Assembly: GCA_027482685.1 (NCBI GenBank)
Contig: JAIXVU010000001.1
Location: forward strand, 11 to 64,010
Length of the DNA stretch: 64,000 bases
Direction: 5' to 3'
Origin: a bacterium
GTDB taxonomy: Bacteria; Patescibacteriota; Minisyncoccia; Phycocordibacterales; UBA5272
The position numbers and the translations under genes are program-made. The notes under the pieces were generated by a model. That model was given only the letters and a program-made list of their open reading frames with translations, was not told the DNA's origin and did no database searches. This document shows, piece by piece, positions 9,694 to 18,923 of this stretch. The stretch's first letter is position 1. Each line of letters begins with the position of its first letter.

Positions 9694-10248
9694 ATGTCAT
9701 ACAACTTTACAGATATACATCAAAAGAAAGAGGCAATAATCGATTGGTTGCATGGAGAGTATCGTTCTATTTCAACGGGTCGTGCTACACCTCAAGTGCT
9801 AGATCTTGTACATATAGACATGTATGGGGCACGAACTGCTATAGCGCATGCTGCGAGTATTACAATAGAAGACCCTCGTACACTTCGTGTATCACCATGG
9901 GATAAGACAATTTTAAGCGGAATGGAAAAAGCTATTAATGATGCAGATCTCGGACTATCAGTTGCATCTGACGCTGAAGGGCTACGTGTGCATTTCCCAG
10001 CGCTCACCACAGAGACACGTCAGAAGCTTGTTAAGTTACTTAAGGACAGACTAGAAGATGCCCGTGTGAAAGTCCGTTCTATGCGTGAAGATGGTAACAA
10101 AGATATTGATGCCCGCGAAAAAGCAGGAGAGTATGGTGAAGATGATAAGCGTCGTTATAGAGATGAGATGCAAAAGATAGTAGATGAAGCTAACCAGACT
10201 CTTGAAAGTACTTTTGATAAAAAAGAAAAAGAAGTAATGGGGGAGTAG
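9694..10248 (+). CDS. frr: Ribosome recycling factor
   Basis: ISTGRATP, PWDK, FPALTTETRQKLVK. Confidence 0.96.
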   Translation: MSYNFTDIHQKKEAIIDWLHGEYRSISTGRATPQVLDLVHIDMYGARTAIAHAASITIEDPRTLRVSPWDKTILSGMEKAINDADLGLSVASDAEGLRVHFPALTTETRQKLVKLLKDRLEDARVKVRSMREDGNKDIDAREKAGEYGEDDKRRYRDEMQKIVDEANQTLESTFDKKEKEVMGE

Positions 10249-10278
10249 AAGTAAGGAGTATACTATAACAAATAACTA

Positions 10279-10321
10279 AATTAGAAATGAGGGACACCTG
10301 CGGTGTCCCTCATTTCTAATT
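10279..10321. repeat. 20-bp perfect palindrome (GCA loop on - strand)
   Basis: AATTAGAAATGAGGGACACC-TGC-GGTGTCCCTCATTTCTAATT after frr. Confidence 0.9.
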
Positions 10322-10382
10322 GTATGTATCGCATGAAATATCTTTGCTATGGTATACTTTTGACTATCAAATAACTTAATTT

Positions 10383-11495
10383 ATGTCGCTTACCACTATC
10401 TTATTGTTCCTTCTTATTATTGTTGTTCTGGTGCTTATTCATGAACTTGGGCATTTCTTAGCAGCGAAGTGGGTTGGGATGAGGGTGGATGAGTTTGCTT
10501 TTGGATTTCCTCCAAGACTTTTCAGTAAAAAAATTGGCGAGACAGTCTATGCGTTCAATGCGTTACCGCTTGGTGGGTATGTTGCTATTTGGGGTGAAAA
10601 TGGATCAGAAGATGATAACAAAGAAGATGGCGCAAAACATCACAAGAGAGCGTTTGGTAATCGTCCATGGTGGGCACAGTTATTTGTACTAGTTGCAGGT
10701 GTAACGATGAACATGTTACTTGCGCTTTTTATATTCATTATTATTTCATACGGTCCAGTAAATATTAGTACCACAGATGAGATATATGGTGATCGTGTAC
10801 GAAATGCACAAATGGTAATTGTCGACACGTTACCTAATAGCCCAGCTCTTAATGCAGGCTTGAAACCAGGAACAGTTATCACGAGTATGACAGCAGGTCG
10901 TCAGAAGGCTGACATGACAACTGCAACATCACTCGTACTCTTTATTAACCGTAACATTGATACACCGTTTGTTGTTACCTATAAGACGCCTAAGGGTGAA
11001 TACGCAAGTACGACAATTGCTGCGGTGTACGGAGTTGTCCCTCATGGTAAGAAGGCGCTCGGTATTGCAGTAGATACAATCGGCACTGTTGATATTGGTT
11101 TTTTTGAATCATTCACGCTTGGTGCTGAGAGAACATATCAGATGACACTCATGACTGTGTATGGCTTACGAGATGTGCTTGTCTCTTTAGGTAAAGGTGA
11201 GAATGTACTTCAATCACTTTCAGGTCCTGTGGGTATCGCACGTATTGTAGGGGAAACGAGTGAGTATGGAATGGATCCACTGCTTACTCTCGTTGCTGTG
11301 CTATCTATCAATCTTGCAATCTTTAATATTCTCCCGCTTCCGGCACTTGATGGTGGGCGTATGGTTATGGTGATTATTGAAACAATTACACGACGCAAGA
11401 TTCCGTTTAAGTATTACTCTTGGTTAAATGGTGTAGGATTCATAGCACTTCTCTTACTTCTCGTTGTTGTAACATTTAAAGATTTTACACAGTAG
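10383..11495 (+). CDS. rseP: RIP metalloprotease RseP (M50, PDZ)
   Basis: HELGH, PLGGYV, NILPLPALDGG. Confidence 0.95.
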   Translation: MSLTTILLFLLIIVVLVLIHELGHFLAAKWVGMRVDEFAFGFPPRLFSKKIGETVYAFNALPLGGYVAIWGENGSEDDNKEDGAKHHKRAFGNRPWWAQLFVLVAGVTMNMLLALFIFIIISYGPVNISTTDEIYGDRVRNAQMVIVDTLPNSPALNAGLKPGTVITSMTAGRQKADMTTATSLVLFINRNIDTPFVVTYKTPKGEYASTTIAAVYGVVPHGKKALGIAVDTIGTVDIGFFESFTLGAERTYQMTLMTVYGLRDVLVSLGKGENVLQSLSGPVGIARIVGETSEYGMDPLLTLVAVLSINLAIFNILPLPALDGGRMVMVIIETITRRKIPFKYYSWLNGVGFIALLLLLVVVTFKDFTQ

Positions 11496-11519
11496 TACTT
11501 TCAAAGTACAATACTCTTC

Positions 11520-12800
11520 ATGCGACAATCACATCTTTACACTAAGACATTAAAAGAAGCCCCTTCAGATGAAGTATCCAAAAACGCGATACTACTTACA
11601 CGTGCAGGATATATTCATAAAGAAATGGCTGGAGTCTATACCATCATGCCACTTGGTCTACGAGTGCTTACGAAGATTGAGAATATCATTCGTCATCACA
11701 TGGATACCGTTGGTAATGAGCTTCTCATGCCTGCACTTTCTCCAACTGAGAGATGGGAGGCAACAGGGAGATTAGACAGCATCGATGTCCTCATGAAAAC
11801 TGCGCCAGCCAACAAGGCATCTGAGGAACGTTCGTCAGCGTCATACATTCTTAACCCGACACACGAGGATGTCATCACTCCTATTGTGAAAAACATTACG
11901 AGGTCATACAAAGACCTACCTGTTGCGATGTATCAGATACAAAGTAAGTTTAGAAATGAAGCCCGTGCAAAGTCAGGCCTCCTACGCGAACGCGAGTTTC
12001 GTATGAAGGATCTCTACAGCTTCCATGTATCACAAGATGACTTAATGAGATTTTATGAAGAGATGAAGAGCGTATATGCAAATGTATTTCGTGATATCGG
12101 TATTGGCAAAGAGACATTTATCACTGTTGCTTCAGGTGGAGATTTCACTCCGAATTTTTCACATGAGTTCCAGACTCTTACAGATGCAGGAGAGGATGTT
12201 GTGTATCTAGATAGAAAGAATGGTATTGCATATAACAAAGAAGTAGTTACAGAGGAGAACGCGAAGAAGCTCGGTGTTGATTTTGGAACACTTGAGCAAG
12301 TAAAAGCATGTGAAGTTGGAAACATATTTCCACTCGATACTCGTTTTAGTTCTGCACTTGATTATACTTACATCGATGATAAGGGTGAAAAACAGTTAGT
12401 ATACATGGGTAGCTATGGCATCGGACCTACACGCCTTATGGGTGTAGTTACAGAGGTGTTTGCAGATGATAAGGGTCTCGTATGGCCAGCGTCTATTGCA
12501 CCATTTTCGCTACATTTGATTGTCCTTGCAAAAGAAAAAGATGCAGATAGTTACAAGCAAGCAGAAGAGTTATACAAGAAGCTAACCGAGAAAGGTGTTG
12601 AAGTATTATTTGATGATCGTATGGTAGGCGCAGGCGAGAAATTCGCTGATAGTGATCTCATTGGTATTCCGATGCGAGTGGTAGTTAGTGATAAGTCGTT
12701 ACTTGCAGGTGGTGTTGAGATAAAAGAACGCACGAGTGAGAAAAGTGAAGTAGTAACTATTGATGAACTTCTAAAAACCTACACAGGAAATTGTGAGTAG
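11520..12800 (+). CDS. proS: Prolyl-tRNA synthetase (short form, no INS editing domain)
   Basis: MRQSHLY...LTRAGYI, PTHED, FRNEARAKSGLLREREFRMKDLYSF, MGSYGIG. Confidence 0.96.
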   Translation: MRQSHLYTKTLKEAPSDEVSKNAILLTRAGYIHKEMAGVYTIMPLGLRVLTKIENIIRHHMDTVGNELLMPALSPTERWEATGRLDSIDVLMKTAPANKASEERSSASYILNPTHEDVITPIVKNITRSYKDLPVAMYQIQSKFRNEARAKSGLLREREFRMKDLYSFHVSQDDLMRFYEEMKSVYANVFRDIGIGKETFITVASGGDFTPNFSHEFQTLTDAGEDVVYLDRKNGIAYNKEVVTEENAKKLGVDFGTLEQVKACEVGNIFPLDTRFSSALDYTYIDDKGEKQLVYMGSYGIGPTRLMGVVTEVFADDKGLVWPASIAPFSLHLIVLAKEKDADSYKQAEELYKKLTEKGVEVLFDDRMVGAGEKFADSDLIGIPMRVVVSDKSLLAGGVEIKERTSEKSEVVTIDELLKTYTGNCE

Positions 12801-12915
12801 GGGTGTAGATAGTAAATAGCAAAAAGTAGAGTAGATGGTGAGATGTGCAGAGGGCGCCTTACGGTACCCTCTGTTTACGTATTGCTATAAATCAATTGAC
12901 GCTATATAAAAACGA

Positions 12916-12936
12916 ACCCGCGCCGTAGGCGCGGGT
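12916..12936 (-). terminator. GTA-loop hairpin terminator of cassette 2
   Basis: ACCCGCGCC-GTA-GGCGCGGGT with T tract on - strand. Confidence 0.75.
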
Positions 12937-12953
12937 CACGAAGCGCGAAGGCT

Positions 12954-13352
12954 TCAGACAGGTGAAGGTGTCCGTGTGAACATCTTCTTCTCTTCTTCGG
13001 TCACATCTCCGGGGATCTCGAACTCGTTATCGATCCTCTTGATACGGCCATCACACAGGCCGTCAACGTAGTCGAGGAGCTTCATCTCTTCCGACGTCTG
13101 ATCAGCAATGATCAGTCCGTAGAGGGCAGTTGAGTAGCTGAAGCTTAGCCCCCCGTTGCGTTCTTTTTCTCGATACGAAATCTTGTCGTGATTGATTCCG
13201 TCGAGTAGCAGCTTCTTGGCGAGTTCGTCACGTTGTTTCAGAACCTCGTCGAGACGGCGGCTAAGTATGTTCATTTGTTTGCTGTGACGCTTTTTGTTTT
13301 TCTTGAACGTGTATCGCCAAATCATGATGATGCCGATGTAGACGATGTGCAT
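12954..13352 (-). CDS. Orphan protein, N-terminal hydrophobic helix plus basic patch (cassette 2)
   Basis: 132 aa; - strand TTGACT(13423)-16-TATAAT and AGGAG(13362-13358) 5 nt before ATG. Confidence 0.8.
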   Translation of the reverse strand: MHIVYIGIIMIWRYTFKKNKKRHSKQMNILSRRLDEVLKQRDELAKKLLLDGINHDKISYREKERNGGLSFSYSTALYGLIIADQTSEEMKLLDYVDGLCDGRIKRIDNEFEIPGDVTEEEKKMFTRTPSPV

Positions 13353-13469
13353 TGGTACTCCTGGTTTGGATGTGGTAATTGGGACAGCTTATTATATTAT
13401 ACTACATTTATAAAATAAGTCAAGTAAAGCTGAAAATTAAAATCATGATAGAATGAGTCAATACTATCT

Positions 13470-14519
13470 ATGTTTAGCAGTCTCTATCATCGCTTTTCAA
13501 ATGACATCGGAATTGACCTAGGTACTGCAAACACCCTTGTATATCTTGGTGGTAGAGGTATCGTTATCAACGAGCCATCGGTTGTTGCGCTTAACACAAA
13601 GACTAACCGAGTGGTTGCGGTAGGAATGGAAGCAAAGAATATGATGGGTCGCACGCCACAGCATATACGCATTGTTAGACCACTTGTTGACGGAGTGATA
13701 TCTGATTATGAAGTTACAGAAGAGATGCTCAGCTATCTTATCAACAAAGCAAATGAGATAGATAAGAAATTATTCCGCCCACGTGTTGTTATCGGCATAC
13801 CGGTGGGTATCACTAATGTGGAGATGCGCGCTGTGTATGATGCCGCTATATCAGCAGGTGCGCGTGAGGTCTACATCGTAGAAGAACCAATGGCGGCAGC
13901 TATAGGTGTGAGACTTCCAATACATGAACCAGTAGGCAGTATGATGGTGGACATTGGTGGCGGCACAACAGATATTGCAGTTATTGCGCTCTCTGGAGTA
14001 GTGCGCGCAAAGAGCTTAAAAGTTGCAGGCGATAAACTAACAGAAGATATCATCACCTATATGCGTGATGAGTTCAAGATGTTAATAGGAGAAAAGACAG
14101 GTGAGCATATCAAGATGACGATAGGGTCAGCACTCCCAGATGAACATGGTGAAGAGATGAGTATCAAGGGACGAGATCTTGTTACAGGGCTACCACGTGA
14201 AGCAATAATTACTGATGTTGATATCCGTCAAGCAATGTATAGCTCTATCTCCCAGTTAGTTGATGTTATTCGTGAAGTACTTGAGACTACACCACCTGAA
14301 GTACTCTCTGATATCATGCAACGCGGTATAGTAGTTTCAGGTGGTGGGGCGCTTATTCGTAACTTGCCTAAACTACTTGAAATGCAACTTAAAGTTCCAG
14401 TTACTGTATCTGATGATCCATTAACAGCAGTTGCTCGCGGAACAGGAGTTATACTAGAGCATATTGATGAGTACAAAGACGTGCTAATCAAAAATACAGA
14501 TGACATATCTTTCCGATAA
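13470..14519 (+). CDS. mreB: Rod shape-determining protein MreB
   Basis: DIGIDLGTANT, VDIGGGTTD; first gene of mreB-mreC-mrdA. Confidence 0.96.
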   Translation: MFSSLYHRFSNDIGIDLGTANTLVYLGGRGIVINEPSVVALNTKTNRVVAVGMEAKNMMGRTPQHIRIVRPLVDGVISDYEVTEEMLSYLINKANEIDKKLFRPRVVIGIPVGITNVEMRAVYDAAISAGAREVYIVEEPMAAAIGVRLPIHEPVGSMMVDIGGGTTDIAVIALSGVVRAKSLKVAGDKLTEDIITYMRDEFKMLIGEKTGEHIKMTIGSALPDEHGEEMSIKGRDLVTGLPREAIITDVDIRQAMYSSISQLVDVIREVLETTPPEVLSDIMQRGIVVSGGGALIRNLPKLLEMQLKVPVTVSDDPLTAVARGTGVILEHIDEYKDVLIKNTDDISFR

Positions 14520-15303
14520 AAAAAGAAAAATCTCTAAAGTAAAGCTTGCTTTTTTGGTTATACTTTTCTTTCTGCTTACCTATTTTTGGTTTTCTATTAG
14601 AACTTATGTACGCGCGGAAGCCGAGTCTTTACCGTTTATCTATAGTGCAGTAAAAGAAATTACTACACTTTTGCCTAATGCTGTTAGTCTAACTCTTACC
14701 TCGAAGAATACTCTTGCAAAAGAGAATAGTGATCTTAAGAAAAAAGTAGAACAATTACAAAACGAGCTAGCGCTTAATCGTATAGAAAGCATAGAACAAG
14801 TAACCATAAGCGAGGAAAGGGCTTCCACAACAGTACAAACCGCAAAAATAAAAATTCTTCCGCTTGCCATGTATCCACTTATGCAAGATATTAGTTCTAT
14901 CTATGGAACAATATTACTTTCTCGTGGTGCAAATGACGGTGTTCTAAACGATATGTTGGTGTACATACAAGGTAGAGGTCTTGTATGTAAAGTTGTCACA
15001 GTTAATGCACGCACTGCCATTTGTAAGTTATTTACTTCACCAAAAGAAACTGTTGATGGAGTCATTGGAACAACCACACTTACGCTCTACGGTGATGGAG
15101 GTGGTGCGTACATTGCTGATAGTGTGCGTGGAAGTAATATTAACGAAGGTGATACAATTTATTTCAAAAGTGATGAAACTATGACACTTGGAACAGTTGC
15201 AAGTGTTAAGCGCGACCCACAAGCAGCCTTTGAGAAGGTATATGTTCGAGGGGTGTATAGTCCAACCCAAGCACATATTTTTTATGTTGATAAACAACCA
15301 TAA
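14500..15303 (+). CDS. mreC: Rod shape-determining protein MreC
   Basis: TM helix, coiled coil (LAKENSDLKKKVEQL), beta domain; synteny. Confidence 0.85.
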   Translation: MTYLSDKKRKISKVKLAFLVILFFLLTYFWFSIRTYVRAEAESLPFIYSAVKEITTLLPNAVSLTLTSKNTLAKENSDLKKKVEQLQNELALNRIESIEQVTISEERASTTVQTAKIKILPLAMYPLMQDISSIYGTILLSRGANDGVLNDMLVYIQGRGLVCKVVTVNARTAICKLFTSPKETVDGVIGTTTLTLYGDGGGAYIADSVRGSNINEGDTIYFKSDETMTLGTVASVKRDPQAAFEKVYVRGVYSPTQAHIFYVDKQP

Positions 15304-15307
15304 TTCT

Positions 15308-15466
15308 ATGTACTTTCGTTATAGTATCTATACTATTATTTTTTGTATAACATTATTTATTGATGTATTTTTAGGTGTTGCACGAGTACCAATCCTCACA
15401 CTCTTCTTTTGTGGTATAGTAGTCATATATGAAACTGTTTCGCCGTTTATCTACGTATCGCGCTAA
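15308..15466 (+). CDS. 52-aa two-TM protein at the mreD position (possible minimal MreD)
   Basis: MYFRYSIYTIIFCITLFIDVFLG...; lies between mreC and mrdA, overlapping mrdA by 38 nt. Confidence 0.5.
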   Translation: MYFRYSIYTIIFCITLFIDVFLGVARVPILTLFFCGIVVIYETVSPFIYVSR

Positions 15467-17141
15467 AGTCCTTTCTTCACATGAGATAGCACCTGAGGAC
15501 GTATTTCTTGATTCTCAGAATCTTTCTAATCTTGATGTTGATCATATGCAAGGGGCTCTTGAAAGACCGCTTGGTAAACATGTATTTTATTTAACAATTG
15601 GGGTCGTCCTGTTACTTTTTTTTGCATTTACCTACAGACTCTTTAGTATGCAGATTATAGAAGGTCAGGAGTACAAAGATAAAGCTGATCGCAACCATCT
15701 TCGCTCAACACCAATATTTGCACTTCGTGGGACTATTACTGATAGAAATGGTGAGCTACTCGCGTGGAATGTATTAGGTACATCAACATCAGCAACATCA
15801 ACTGATGTGCCTAAGCGTAGATACATAGATCAAGAAGGTTTTTCTCATCTCCTTGGTTATGTCAGTTATCCGAAAAAAGATACGAGTGGAATATTTTGGC
15901 AAGATACATACATCGGTAAAGATGGTGTAGAGATGCAATATCAAGATAGACTACAAGGTAAGCCAGGCGAGCGTGTGATAGCAGTAGACGCACTACATAA
16001 TATAGAAGCACAAAACGTAACAATAGACCCAGTTCATGGAGAGAATATCCAGTTAAGTATAGATAGTAAGGTTCAATCAAAACTCTACGAGAGCATTAAA
16101 GCACTTGCGCATAAAGCACCCTTTGTAGCAGGTGCTGGGGTTATCATGGATGTTAATACAGGAGAGATACTAGCTCTTACTAGTTATCCGCAATATAGCA
16201 ATAACATAATTACTAATACCGAAACCAAGGAAGACAAGAAGCAGGTGGCAGACGATTTACTCGATCCTAAAAAGAAGTTTCTTAATCGCATAACATCAGG
16301 CCTCTTTGTCCCTGGGTCTACTGTTAAGCCATATGTAGCTCTAGCTGTACTCATGGAAGACATTATTGATCCGTATACTAATATTTATAGTGCGGGGCAG
16401 TTGGTAATAAAGAATAAGTATGGCGGACCAGATACTATTTTTAAAGATTGGAAGAAGCACGGCTATGTTGATATGCGTCATGCTATCGCAGTATCCTCCG
16501 ATGAATATTTCTATCAGGTTGGTGGTGGATATATGTCACAGAAAGGTATAGGTATTGATAAGATACATGATTATTTGACACGATTCGGTTTTGCAACCAC
16601 AACGGGGATAGATTTACCAGGTGAAAAAGCTGGCACCGTGCCGTCTCAAGAATGGAAAAAGAGGGTCTTTGGAGAAGATTGGTACGTTGGGAATACTTAT
16701 CATACATCTATTGGTCAGTATGGTTTTCAGGTGACACCTCTTGAGCTTGTGCGTGCTGTTGCTATGGTTGCAAATGGAGGCACATTAGTTACACCACATG
16801 TGCTACAAGGTGCAAAAACTTCTCCATTACAAGTTGAGCTTAAGGATAAAGATTTGAAAGTCATTCGAGAGGGTATGCTTCTTGCTGTTACAGAGGGAAC
16901 AGGAAAGTCTCTTAATGTAACAGGTGTAACTTCTGCGTCAAAGTCAGGCACGGCCGAGCTTGGAGTTTCAAAGGATAATGTTAACTCATGGATAACTGGA
17001 TATTTCCCATATGAGAATCCAAAATATGCCTATGTTGTTGTGATGGAGAAGGGAAGTCGTCACAATGTATTTGGTGCGGTTGGTGTTATGCGGGAGATGC
17101 TACTTTGGATGCGTGATAATACAAACTACACTAAGGAATAA
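15429..17141 (+). CDS. mrdA: Penicillin-binding protein 2
   Basis: RGTITDRNG, PGSTVK (SxxK), SSD, KSGT. Confidence 0.93.
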   Translation: MKLFRRLSTYRAKVLSSHEIAPEDVFLDSQNLSNLDVDHMQGALERPLGKHVFYLTIGVVLLLFFAFTYRLFSMQIIEGQEYKDKADRNHLRSTPIFALRGTITDRNGELLAWNVLGTSTSATSTDVPKRRYIDQEGFSHLLGYVSYPKKDTSGIFWQDTYIGKDGVEMQYQDRLQGKPGERVIAVDALHNIEAQNVTIDPVHGENIQLSIDSKVQSKLYESIKALAHKAPFVAGAGVIMDVNTGEILALTSYPQYSNNIITNTETKEDKKQVADDLLDPKKKFLNRITSGLFVPGSTVKPYVALAVLMEDIIDPYTNIYSAGQLVIKNKYGGPDTIFKDWKKHGYVDMRHAIAVSSDEYFYQVGGGYMSQKGIGIDKIHDYLTRFGFATTTGIDLPGEKAGTVPSQEWKKRVFGEDWYVGNTYHTSIGQYGFQVTPLELVRAVAMVANGGTLVTPHVLQGAKTSPLQVELKDKDLKVIREGMLLAVTEGTGKSLNVTGVTSASKSGTAELGVSKDNVNSWITGYFPYENPKYAYVVVMEKGSRHNVFGAVGVMREMLLWMRDNTNYTKE

Positions 17142-17178
17142 AAGGAAAATAAGTAGAAAGAATCTAAGTAAAGGAAAA

Positions 17179-17201
17179 GGGACAGTACAAAGTACTGTCC
17201 C
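17179..17201. terminator. Hairpin between convergent mrdA and cassette 3
   Basis: GGGACAGTAC-AAA-GTACTGTCCC. Confidence 0.75.
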
Positions 17202-17223
17202 ACTGCATATTTTGACATGCTAA

Positions 17224-17757
17224 TCATGGATTGATCCATTGAAGTTCATGAACCTCATTAAACATCACGATGTATATTGATGGATCATAATATATCCTGT
17301 TTATGCGTTTCGGAAAGTATGCTGATGTGCTCAGTATACTCACAGAACTGACCGTACCCCTGCATGCGCTTACTGTAAGTACTCGTGTATTTCCACTCTT
17401 TTGCTGTGAGGCTATGAGCGCACAATGCTTATTATCTACAAGAAGAGTACCTTCTGTAGATTCATTGTCGTTTAGATTTTCAAGAGCTTGTCTAGACATT
17501 TGAACTACAGATACACCACTTTTAACATCTGTATGTGTGCAATACGTACCAAATCGATTACACGATACAGTTTCTCGCACATTACCATGTCTGTGGTCTA
17601 TTATTTCAGTCTGAAGCCGTGGTAAAGGTCGGACTACCCGATGTGTCTCAAAACGCTCTATTCCTGTGAGCATATCAGTCACTTTGTACAAGGCGCTTTG
17701 TGCAAACACTACATGTGGCATGTTTGCAAGAAGTATCAAGAAAAGGTAAGCCTTCAT
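17224..17757 (-). CDS. Orphan secreted beta-rich protein (cassette 3)
   Basis: 177 aa; signal peptide ending VFA/Q; SD GAGGAG; TTGACA at 17835-17830. Confidence 0.75.
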   Translation of the reverse strand: MKAYLFLILLANMPHVVFAQSALYKVTDMLTGIERFETHRVVRPLPRLQTEIIDHRHGNVRETVSCNRFGTYCTHTDVKSGVSVVQMSRQALENLNDNESTEGTLLVDNKHCALIASQQKSGNTRVLTVSACRGTVSSVSILSTSAYFPKRINRIYYDPSIYIVMFNEVHELQWINP

Positions 17758-17930
17758 CGCTCTCTCCTCTAGTGACTAGTAGTTAATAAAAGGTCAAGCT
17801 TATATGGGTATATTCTAAATAAAATTAGTTGTCAAATACATTTGTCGAGGTTTGCAAAATAAATTACTAAAAAACAGAAACCGCCTAAGGCAGGTTCCTG
17901 CGTCGGCGGTTGGTATAGTGAGACTGTCAA

Positions 17931-18170
17931 TCAAGATTGACTTGTGATGAAGCAATGTGTTAGCCACATCGTCACATTGTATGTAACTGCGCCGTAGCAT
18001 CCAAGTTGAAGTCTCGTATCATCTCGTAACCAAAAATAACCAAGAACGACAAACCACACAAGAAATGAGATAAAGAGTACGTACTGTTCTGCATATCGTC
18101 CAGACAACAGTCCAAGTATGAGCATTATTGTGCAAAATTGGACATTAAAAAAGTCTCTTGCTCGGTCCAT
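17931..18170 (-). CDS. Orphan small membrane protein (cassette 4)
   Basis: 79 aa, hydrophobic; - strand TTGACA(18243)-16-TATAAT, AGGAG(18182-18178), GC hairpin ~17879-17910. Confidence 0.75.
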   Translation of the reverse strand: MDRARDFFNVQFCTIMLILGLLSGRYAEQYVLFISFLVWFVVLGYFWLRDDTRLQLGCYGAVTYNVTMWLTHCFITSQS

Positions 18171-18281
18171 GAAAATTCTCCTAGCAACTTGTGTTAGGCC
18201 AAGAACAACTTTTTTATTATATATTAATTTATCGTTTTGTCAATATAACCAACTCTTGTTTTTATGTTATACTATTTAAAT

Positions 18282-18740
18282 ATGGAATATCTAACACCAG
18301 AAAAAAAATTAGAACTAGAAAATGAGCTTAACACCCTAAAAACAATACGTCGTAAGGAGATTGCGGACGCTCTTGAGTATGCAAAGTCCTTAGGTGATCT
18401 CTCAGAAAACGCTGAGTATCATCAGGCACGCGAGGATCAGGCTAACTGTGAGGACCGTATTAACCATCTTGAGATGATTCTCAAGAATGCTGTTATTACA
18501 ACAGGTAAACACAAAGCTGGAGTTGTAGAAGTTGGTGTTGTGGTAACGGTAAACAAGAAAGGAGAAAAATCTGACCGTGAATTCACATTAGTTGGAAGTG
18601 AAGAAGCTGACTCACTTACTGGTAAGATCTCTAACGAGTCACCGCTTGGTATTGCACTCCTTGGCAAGATGAAAGGTGATGTTGTAAAAGTTACAACTCC
18701 AAAAGGTGAAAGTGTATATACAATCAAAGCAGTAGCGTAG
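18282..18740 (+). CDS. greA: Transcription elongation factor GreA
   Basis: GDLSENAEYH, ISNESPLGIALLG; start moved to 18282. Confidence 0.97.
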   Translation: MEYLTPEKKLELENELNTLKTIRRKEIADALEYAKSLGDLSENAEYHQAREDQANCEDRINHLEMILKNAVITTGKHKAGVVEVGVVVTVNKKGEKSDREFTLVGSEEADSLTGKISNESPLGIALLGKMKGDVVKVTTPKGESVYTIKAVA

Positions 18741-18768
18741 GGGTAGTCAATAGTTTATGGTTAATAGT

Positions 18769-18801
18769 AGAACACGCGCGACCGAAGGTCGCGCGTGTTC
18801 T
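18769..18801. repeat. 15-bp perfect palindrome with GAA loop
   Basis: AGAACACGCGCGACC-GAA-GGTCGCGCGTGTTCT, flanked by inverted heptamer arrays. Confidence 0.9.
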
Positions 18802-18923
18802 GTATTTAACTAATTACAAATTACTAATAACTAATTACTTGTGCTTCCATATCGACTAAACTTCTCCAATTTGTTACTATACTGTATATCAACACGCATC
18901 TCAACTATTAACATTAACTATCC

